Source: Chrysomallon squamiferum (lineage: Eukaryota > Animalia > Mollusca). Taken from it: 64,000 nucleotides of DNA. The position numbers and the translations under genes were made by a program. Where the stretch lies: positions 930,001 to 994,000 of the forward strand of contig CM022671.1 in assembly GCA_012295275.1 (NCBI GenBank). Direction: 5' to 3'. Under the pieces are notes generated by a model, which saw nothing but the letters and a program-made list of their open reading frames with translations, was not told where the DNA came from and made no database searches. Positions 25,401 to 35,152 of the stretch are shown here, one piece after another. The stretch's first letter is position 1; each line of letters starts with the position of its first letter.

Positions 25401-28370
25401 ATGTGACAGTGCACATAGACAGAACAGTTCCTGATGTTAAAAACATGTGGCTTGTCAGGAAAGGTAACAATGGGTTGTATGTCCACCCCAGTACAGACCT
25501 GTCACATATGTTGCTGCAGTTTGAAGCTAAAGATCCACACAGTGGTATCAGAACAATAGAATGGTTTCTGGGAACTCAGCAGAACAAAACTGACATTGGA
25601 CAAGGAGCATTGCCTGTTATTAAAGATGTACCTAAAGTAAGTTTTACAATTTATATAAATATAACAAAGAATAAAAATGCCAGATTGCATTTTATATTTA
25701 TCAAAATTGTCACAGATATGCTCTAATATAAAAGTACTTGAAATTATCTGATAAAATCATCTGGTTTAGCTTATGAAGTAAATATTAGTTTAAATCCTCT
25801 CTCTGTTTCTGCTTTAATGAAATTTTCACTTGGGTATATTATTTTTTGTTTTGTTTCAGAACAAATGCAAATCAGATCAGCAGTGCTACTGTCCAGCAGT
25901 TGGACCATGTGCCTATTTCAACTACACTGTAAAACTGAACAGTCTGATCGAGAAAAACACAAACACAGGAAAACACAACAGGGAATATTACTTCACACTG
26001 ATAGCAACTAATGAGGCCATGTTGAAGTCTGTGTATCATCTAGACATCCTCGTAGATGCATCACCACCTGTTGCAGGTGTTGTACGTGAAGGTTCACCAG
26101 ACGGACCAGACATTGATTACACAAGTGAAGACTACATCAACATCAACATGCACGGCTTCATTGATCATGAAAGTGGAATCAGATCTTATCTTGTTGCTCT
26201 AGCAGAACAATGTTTATCTTTGGATGAAATAAAAAATGATTTGGATAACAAATCAGTTACTGTTTACAAGACAGTAGATCCAGAAATCAGAATAAAGGTT
26301 CCAAACAAAGGATCCTACATTACATCAGTTGTTGCTTTTAATAATGCAATGGAACCTTCTCCAGTTGCCTGTTCAAATGGTGTTACAAAGGATACCACAA
26401 ATCCTGAGTTGGTGGACATCAGACTTCAAGATGGCCGAATTCATGATGGTCTGTGGTGTAAGCCATCCAGAGTGTTCTATGTGCATGTAAACATGACTTT
26501 AACAGAACTGCACAACACACACACATGTGAAACCAAGTGTGAAAATACAGTGAATGTTGGTTACATTGATGCTTTGCCTTTGACCCACACTACCATTGAA
26601 AAGAATATTTCAGAAACAGTTTGCTCCAGATGTGAGGTGCTAAGTAACCAGTCCACAGTGTATCTTCCATCTAACACAGTCTACTTACAGTGGAAAACTG
26701 TAGAAGCCGAGAGTCAGATTAAAGATTATTACATTGGACTTGGCAGTGACTCATCTAAGACTGATTATCAATCACTGCTGCCTTACCAGTCAACTCACGG
26801 AAAAGAGTCAGCTGAGATTTCAGACTTTTCTGTGTCAAATACTTCTTCATTTTACATCTTTGTCAAAGTCATCAATGAGGCTAACCTGACATCATCTAGA
26901 CGTATTGGACCCGTTTTGATAAATGAATCTCCTCCTAAACTGAAGGAAGGTAAACCTATTTCTTCCTTTTTTTATTTTTTTATTTATTCAGACAAAAAGA
27001 TTTTAAAATAAATTTCACAAAATGAAGTTTCTTATTTAAACTATTGTCAGGGCTTGATATAGATAGGTTGAAACTGAGATTGGATATGTTGAAAACTTTA
27101 GAGAAGCTTAATTGTGTTATTTTGAATGACACCCAACAGCCAATGCTATATTTTGTGCCTGGGTGTCATTAAACAAAGAAATAAACATTAACAAAAATTA
27201 CAGGACAATTTGCTCAGAATAAAGTGTAGTATTGAACCTAATTTCTTACAGAGAGTGTGAGGCTTTAAGCTATAGCATTTTTTAAAGATTTTTTGACTGG
27301 TTCTGCCTGTTGTATCAGTATGTTAAACAGTTACACATTTTAAGAACAATACTCTGTCTTGAAGTCAAAATAGGAAGTTTTGTTGCATTGATCTGAAGTA
27401 AAAGAATGAACATTACCATGCTTATTTTTCCACATTAATGAAATATTTTGTTAGGTTAAGTTATTTATTTATTTCTATTCAGACTGTGAACACAATGTAG
27501 CATATGGCTATTACTGTGAAAAACTGTGTGCTGGCCGCCATTGTTACGACATTTCATCATGTGATGTGAGATCAGGAAGATGTGTCCACGGTTGTCAACC
27601 AGGATGGAAAGATTCAGACTGTTCTAAAGGTGATTATTAAAAGCTTAAGATATTCATCAAAAAACATACATAAAAAGAAACAAAACAAAATAAAATAAAA
27701 TAAATAAATAAATAATAATGAAATAAATAAATAAGTTTCAGATTTATTATTTTCAAATAACATTTTTTCCTTTCATTCATTTAGTCTGCAATATTTCAGT
27801 AAGTTTTAAAAATTACCTTTATTTTTTTACATCCAAATAGCTTTTGTCTAATTAAGAACTGATAACAGTATTTGAAATGACAGCATTACTCAGATAATAT
27901 GATTGTCTTGACTGTTAAAACAAATTTTTATTTAAGCTATTAAATGGTTTGGTTCTGGTTGTTCATGTGTCTTGAATTCTTCTTTTAAAGGGAAATTTAT
28001 ATCACAAACCTTTTTTACAGACTTAACTTTATCAAGCTTTTATATTCATTGAGAATGAATATTGAACTCCTGTAAAATTGTAATAGAATAATGACATTAA
28101 ATTTAATGTTCAGTATTTTTAGTGGCTTCGTTACTATTATTTAAAAAAAAGTTATTTTAAGATTTGAATCTGGATAGTATCATCATGGCTTTAATTTTCA
28201 AGATCCTCTGAGACTGGAAATGGGATCTTGTCTTACCAGATTTAATGACATTTTTACAGTATGTTTTTATTACATCAAACTTTCCAATATTATTTCATTA
28301 CACTTTGCTGAGTTATACAGACTGAATAATTCAGAATATAATCTTATTGAATTAATGTAATGTAAGTAAG

Positions 28371-28404
<34 letters not shown>

Positions 28405-29619
28405 AAACATATAGAAACTACTAAAAAATATTTACTTCAGGAAGTGATTGTATTAATGATGACACAAAAACAGTTTTATTACTTTCTTTATTTCAGTTTC
28501 CCCACAAAAAGCAGCAGATTTAGTAACTATCATTATCTCAGGTGTATCGGGAATTTGTTTTCTTCTTGTGTTGACAGTGTTGGTTTTCTGCACTAGGTTA
28601 GTAACCATAAATCAGAAGAAGTTCAATATAATGGAACATTTAGAAATTGTACTCTTAAAAACATTAAAAAACATTAGTATCAGATGATGAGATTTTTAAT
28701 TGTTTATTATAAGTACCATTATACAAATTTATGTTATTAAATAGTCACCAAGAAATGATAAAGCTCTGTAACTGGCAGAAGATATTTTATATTCAGACCA
28801 TTTCTATAGAACTGGCAGGAACAGATCTTATGCAGGGTCAAGTGTTTGCTAAGACAAATCTGTAATTATTTCTTCTGAAAATGCCTAATTGAGCCATCAT
28901 TTTGTTTTATTTGGCTTTAGCACCAACCTGATATTGCCATAAATTTCAATTTTAAAGCAGCTGATGAATAATGAACTAATGAAGGACTTAATTTTATAAA
29001 TCATTGAAAACCTCTCATTTTGATTTTCTTGGATTTTCTAAAATGAACATATACAAATGTATAATTTTTGAAAAACAACAAAAACAAGAAACAATCATGC
29101 ATCCATTTTTAAACTTATTACCTATCACTTTTTTGTGGTTCCCATAATCAACCCATTTCTTTTCAATTCATAGGACTTATATGTATCCCAAGATTCAGTG
29201 ACACTGATTTCATATTGAAAGAAATGTGTTTTTTCCCTAATTTGCATTATAATTATACTCAGTATATTCCGAATACTTATTATCAGTAATAAAATTATTA
29301 TTATTTTTTAATTATTATTAGGAGACTAGTGCTGAGGAGAAGAAGAAGAAGTTCTTCAAAGGAACAAAATGTGACAACAGTGTGTGAAAATAATGAATAT
29401 GTGAACTGTGCTGCAGTCTGTGAAAACAGTGAATACATGAACTGTGCTGGAGTCTGTGAAAACAGTGAATATCTGAAATCTTTTCCTGTCTATGAAAATT
29501 TGAGACAGTTTCAACACCAGAGCCAGGATGTGAGCAATGTTTATAGTTCACTGGAAATGTCTGTCATTGGTCAAGACTGTGTCTATGAAAAGATAAACAT
29601 GTCTGTGTATGAAAACTAA
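16705..29619 (+). CDS. Gene B: type I membrane receptor paralogous to gene A, with propeptide/furin site, Cys-rich cassettes, FN3/Ig-like core, MEGF10-type EGF, TM helix and Tyr-motif tail (~1,270-1,300 aa)
   Basis: Exons: 16705-16765 (MYLYKVLVILTIEFYCTYAQ), 17763-17869 (..HSWPKRRIS), 18787-18846 (SFPVLHKRVRRGWWWGSSDH), 19316-19328 (13 nt), 19727-19831, 19972-20061, 21269-21358, 21706-21843, 22388-22510, 23534-23809, 24028-24166, 24466-25636, 25860-26949, 27483-27629 (CEHNVAYGYYCEKLCAGRHC..CDVRSGRCVHGCQPGWKDSDC), 28497-28596 (TM: LVTIIISGVSGICFLLVLTVLVFC), 29322-29619 (RRLVLRRRRR stop-transfer, then the tail, TAA). Exon lengths 138/123/276/139 match gene A exactly. The first four exons are less certain than the core. 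Confidence 0.85.
18920..19132. repeat. Minisatellite, ~52-56 bp unit x4, in a gene B intron
   Basis: Unit gacacaagatgatatgtgttaac(at/ga)actaacatccatgtcagttttata is repeated four times. Confidence 0.9.
19947..21434 (+). repeat. Direct duplication of a 90-nt Cys-rich exon plus flanking intron
   Basis: ~19947-20136 and ~21244-21434 are near identical. They encode ECPHINHCRKTQPCTKCVSCDKGFYGPNCE and ECPHIKHCQKTQPCTKCVSCDKGFYGPKCE. Confidence 0.92.
20233..20340 (+). pseudogene. Degenerate partial copy of the 21706-21843 exon
   Basis: gttgtgatggaca..attcaacattcagtttactggc..caaccaaccacg..aaaaacat..caggttaaa..cttcattt matches 21772-21860, with indels and no 5' half. Confidence 0.75.
24878..26194 (+). 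repeat. Right arm of ~1.3 kb near-identical inverted repeat (inside gene B)
   Basis: By-eye count is about 16 amino-acid differences in ~365 residues versus gene A. The 223-nt intron at 25637-25859 is alignable with the gene A intron, while the other introns are not. Confidence 0.95.
29380..29477 (+). repeat. 36-bp coding tandem repeat (x2.7) in the gene B cytoplasmic tail
   Basis: VCENNEYVNCAA / VCENSEYMNCAG / VCENSEYLK. Confidence 0.92.
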
Positions 29620-29969
29620 GTGGGCAGAAAAATTAGAAAAAATTAAATTGATCACATTATAGAAGATTCCTTGTAAGATATGAAAAGCACCATTAGTTTA
29701 TGCTACACATATTTAACCATGGTTTATTCCACCTATCCTCAAATATATTAAAAATTATTAAATATAAAATAACCTAAAATACATATACATAAATAAGAAG
29801 ACTTTAATTTATTCATCTATTAATTTTTATATACTTTCATCATTAAATCCAGGTTCTTGATAACTATCTGTGACATTTATATAATTGTTTGCTAGCAAGT
29901 AGCCTAATATATGTTATTTATTTCCAAATAAGAGTTTTATTTACTGGAGACCAACCATTAATAATAATC

Positions 29970-30001
<32 letters not shown>

Positions 30002-32054
30002 GGATTACAATAATCATATAATGGTTGTAACTAAAGCATTAAAGCAGGCATTTTCTCTCTATTCATTAGCAACTTATTTATAGTTTTATGTTGTTGTGAT
30101 TGTGTGCTTTTTCTGTTGTTTCTGACACTTTATGGAGTAGTTTTGTGTTAATATAAATACTTTCCATACTCTACTGATATTTATCCAAAACAATAATTCT
30201 GATAATAAAGATATATGTTTTTGTTGAAGTGTTCATATAATGTTTAAAATCTTAAATTCATAATGTATACTTCAGTGTTATTTATTTATTCAGTGACTTT
30301 GCTAACAATAAAGTACAACAATAAAAGAGATCAAGTAAAAAACATCTTAGTGCCTCCATTTTACTGTATTATTTTATTCTGCACTAATAAGATCTAAAAA
30401 GACAGAATGAGTGATTAAGAAAGATACCATAAAAAAATAATAGTTAAGATACAGTAACATAATATGAAATGTTTCTTATTTTTTATTTCAACATCATTGT
30501 TTTACATCTTTTCAATTTGTTTATTTTTGCTTTTTAGCAGGGTTTTTTTCATATATTCAGCAGTCTGAAATAAATTTATAAATTGAAATGATATTATTAT
30601 GTCATTAATTTAATGTTACTTAGTGTGTGTGTGTGTGCAGAAAGGGAGAAACAAGCAAAAGTTAAATTTTTGCCAGACGTATTGTCACCATTCCAAAAAA
30701 AAAATTTAAATTAAATATATATATATATATAAAAGAAGAAATAAAGAAAAAAGAGACAAATAAAATTAATAGAAAATACTTGTGTCTAAATTTATATAAA
30801 CATAAAAATATACATACAATAAATAAACCACAAGTTTTACATGGTAAAGAATAATAACTTTGTGGTCTAAAGGGAAATAACTAAATTAATTTAGAAAGTT
30901 ATCTTGAAATTAAATGAACCTCTCTCTCTCTCGATTAAATTATTTTAATTAAGGTTCAAATAAAATGTGTAAATCAAAGTTGAAATATATTAAAATTTGA
31001 ATTTATTTATTTATTTATTTACTTATTTTACATTTTGTTTACATTTTAATTAAGTCGTTTTTTATTGGGTTTTTTTTTTCTCTTTTGTGACTTCTGACCT
31101 AATCACTTTTAAACTTTTTTGTTTACATGTATTTCTCTATTTACTTATTTTTTAATTAATAAATGACATATTTTCATTTTTCTCTGTATATTATATGTTT
31201 CTATTATTAAGAAAATATTAAATTTTGGTTAAATAAATAAACATTTAAATTAAAACAATTCAAAATATGTCTGCATTTTTCTGTTTAATTTTGTGTTTTC
31301 TTGTTGCTTTTTCTGTTATCTGTTAATTACTTTTCATATTGTTTATCTCATTCTGCTTTTTCTAAAATATTTGTTTATTAATTATTTGCTTTTTTGTTTA
31401 CATATTAAAGAAATCTGTTTCTCTCGGTCTCTGTCTGAACCTCCTTCCTTTATTACATTATATTTTTTTTTTTATCAGTTCATTATTTACAGTTAAAAAC
31501 TTTTAAATTTTAAAAATAGGAACATTTGTTTCTCAGTATTTAAAAAAAAAATGTAGAAGTATTTAAAGCTTTTTTATTGTTCAATTAGATATAACTCTTC
31601 CACATATTTGTTATTCATATTACATTTTCATCTCATTTATATAAATATTATTTCTCTGCAGGATGACTCATTACTTATTTGTTGTTGCTGTTTATGTGTT
31701 TTTTTTTTTTCACTTCTTTTTTAAATGATATTTTAATATTCAGTTTAAATACTCTTTGATTCCATCAATCTTTTTTTGAAAAATGGAAGTATTTATATTG
31801 CTACATTACACAAGCATTTAAAAATAAATACACAGACATATTGAAGAGTAACTGTACAAGGAAAATAAAAAATAGCTACAGTTTCATTATTCAGTTTAGT
31901 AACTTGGACATATGAATATATGTATACATAAGACAATAAAAGTTTATTCATATTATTACAGATATTATTATTGTTATTATTTATTAATTTGTTGTTGTTC
32001 TTGTTGTTGTTATTGTTTTTGTTTTTTGTGTTGTTTTTTTTGTTGTTTTTTTTA

Positions 32055-32085
<31 letters not shown>

Positions 32086-32199
32086 CTTGTTATTGAAGTG
32101 CTATAACAGCGTTCAGCATTTTAGCGTTAAAGAGTTATTCCTATTAGACCATGAATGTAATGATTTGCATTTATTTATTCATTTATTTTTATTTTATTT

Positions 32200-32352
32200 T
32201 TGCCCTTACCGGAAGTAATTAGTTTTTCCACATCTTTTAACATTCGGTCATAATCGAAATAACGTCGCCAATATTCGGAAATATTACGAGACTTTCCAGT
32301 CGTATTTCATTGTTGTTTTGTTGATTTCCTTAGAAAGAAACGAAGATGAAAA
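32200..32352 (+). promoter_or_regulatory. CpG-retaining promoter with ETS-type site upstream of the CDP-alcohol phosphatidyltransferase gene
   Basis: Local cluster of CpGs in otherwise CpG-poor DNA, with CCGGAAGT at 32209-32216. Confidence 0.5.
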
Positions 32353-35152
32353 ATGGGCTTAGATGTTTTATTATATTGTCCGAATATTATTGGTAAGCGG
32401 GGATAATGCTAAATAAGGTCATTATCCTCCTCATTATTAAACATACTTTAATTCCGTATGTTTCCGGAACGTAGGTCAGTCTCGGTGTTGGTCAACACGA
32501 AAAATAAATAAACCCATCATACATGTTATTGTTAGAGAGAACTAACTGAAATGGTTCAGAAGTTTATTCCCGCCCGCTGTCATCCATTATTCCCGAAGAA
32601 CAAAATAATAAATATTAATTATAATTTACGTAAAAGTGTTAAAAAAATAAATAAATAATGTATTTCGCATTATCTTCGTATTTATCTAATTGACAGGTAT
32701 TGAAATTTAGCATCTCTTTGAGTTTCTTAAAGACGTATACTTTTTAAATTTAATTTTATTCTTTATAAAATATATAAAATTAAAATAATAATATAAGACA
32801 AAGTACAAGTATGTGTTTGTCAGTGTAAATGTTGGCTGTTTTCTTTTAGGCTATATTCGGATCATTCTTGCTACTCTGGCCTTTGTTTTCTACAATGAGC
32901 ATTTGTACTTTGTGATTTTGTTCGGTGTTTCCATTAGTTTAGATGGTGAGTGGCACTGTTTTTATTTAACATTTTTCAATATCATCATTATCTCTTTATA
33001 TTAACCATTACTATACTACTACTACTTCTACTTCTGCTTCTGCTTCTGCTTCTACTACTACTACTACTACTACTACTACTATTATTATTAAAGAATGAAA
33101 AAAAGAAATTGATCGTTTAAGCAGAACCCCCTAAATAATGTTTCAATTTTATTTCAGCTGTTGATGGAATTGTAGCTCGGAGATTCAATCAGACTTCATC
33201 TTTTGGTGCTTGGGTAAATTCTACTGTATTTCTTATTTCAAAAATAAAATGTTTCTGTTTTTTATTTATATATTTATTGTTGTTTTCTTTTTAATTTAAT
33301 TTATTCACACACACACACACATGCATGAATGCATGCATAACCTTATTTATAGGATGATATGGATATTATTTTTATTATTATTATTATTATTTTTTTTTCA
33401 GTTTGATGTCATAATAGATCTCTATAGCCGGGGATATCTTTGGTGTAGGCTATATTCAGTAAGTTTAAATAACAAATTCTGAAATTCTGAGTGTAGGCTA
33501 TATTCAGTAAGTTTAAATAACAAATTCTGAAATTCTAACTGTAGGCTGTTTGTGCAGTCGGTTATTTATAAAAATGAACCCTTGATCACCCATATCTTTG
33601 AATAAAATGGCATGAAATTCTGAAATATAAATAATAAATAATTACCTTGTTTAATATTTATTTTTTAATTTTATTTTGTTTTGTTTTGTTATATTACATT
33701 AATTTACATTACATTACATTACATTTTATTTTATTTTATTTTTGTTTTTGTTCATTTTTTAAAAATAATTTATGATGGAAAATAGATTATAAAAATAGCT
33801 TTGATTTTTTGTCATCATCATTATCATTATTATTATTTAAAAAAAAAAAAAAAAAATCCTAGTAACATACATATTTATTACAAATAAATGTACTTCTGAT
33901 ATATTGATCATGTTGATGGGGTAACAACTGCAGAGGACAAAATAGCACTCAAACATAAATCAGTTTTTAAATAATAAAATATAATGAAATTACACAAAAT
34001 TTTATTAGAATAAAATATATAAGCAGATGGTTTTTTTCGTTTTAGTGGGGATATGTAGAAATTATGGTGGAATGGATGACATTTCTTAGTACTCACGTCA
34101 AAGGGCCAAACTGGAAACAGACAGAAGAAAACTTTCCTAAAATTGTTGTCATGGTTATGGCTAATGGTAAATTCCACAACTGATCATTAATATGAAATTT
34201 GATGTTTTGTTTCATCTATAATAGAGCAGAAAGAGAAAACCTTTTTTTGTTTGTTTTAATATGCCTAATATATTGGCATTTGTATTTCCACATTAGTAAT
34301 ATATAAAGATATCTAATATATATTTCTTTAATGTTTCATTTTTTTTGTAGATTATCTGTTTAATTATTTGCAATAATTATAGAAATGAATTAAGAATAAG
34401 GTGAAAATACAATATGTAAATTCGTGGTTACTGTTAGGTTTCAAGACTCCAATGGGTTTCCTGGCAGTTGGCAGCTTGCAGATACTGCCATTGTGGCTGT
34501 ACTGTTACGAGACAAATTTTCTTACTGAGACATTGCTGATGCCGATGTGGCTGCAGTTGTTTGGCATAGCTTTGCTGGTTGTAGGAAGAACAATCTGCTT
34601 TAGTGTGGAGGTGAGTAGATAAGAAAATTATGGTTTAATAAAGATTTAACAAAGAATTTGGGAAGGTGTAAGGAAGCTAAAATCCTTTTTCTAATTAATC
34701 TTCTAAAGTTATCAATGTTTTGGGCTCACAAGAGAAACTTCTCCATTGAATGCCCAGACTTATGTGTTCTGTTCCTGATTTTCACAGCATGATATAGTAT
34801 TATCAGATTTTACTATCCACAAAAAATACAATAAAATCAAATGATGTAAAATATATTTGGACTGTTTGTTAACTATCAGAATGCTTGTTAGAAAGAGGAA
34901 TCTTATAGATAAGTTACTTACTAAAACAAAACTGCATTGTGAATAATTTCTATAAATCAACACAGTCAAAAGTTCAAGTTAGCATAGTATCAGACTAATC
35001 AAGTGTTCCTACAATTATCAAGTGTTGAATCTATTCTACACTTTTAATTTTTCTCTGATTTTCTTACTTGTCCATTTTCATTGTTTCAGCTGTTCTATCT
35101 GAAATACCATATCAAACAACTGCTATACCAGGATGACAGCAAAGACAGATAA
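32353..35152 (+). CDS. CDP-alcohol phosphatidyltransferase family protein (PI-synthase/CDIPT-like, ~200 aa)
   Basis: Exons 32353-32392 (MGLDVLLYCPNIIG), 32850-32945 (YIRIILA..SLD), 33158-33213, 33402-33458, 34046-34166, 34438-34610, 35090-35152, all phase-compatible. The signature DAVDGIVARRFNQTSSFGAWFDVIID fits D-x2-DG-x2-AR-x8-G-x3-D-x3-D. Confidence 0.9.
33442..33548 (+). repeat. ~49-bp tandem duplication spanning an exon end and splice donor
   Basis: gtgtaggctatattcagtaagtttaaataacaaattctgaaattct occurs twice, followed by a partial third copy. Confidence 0.85.
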
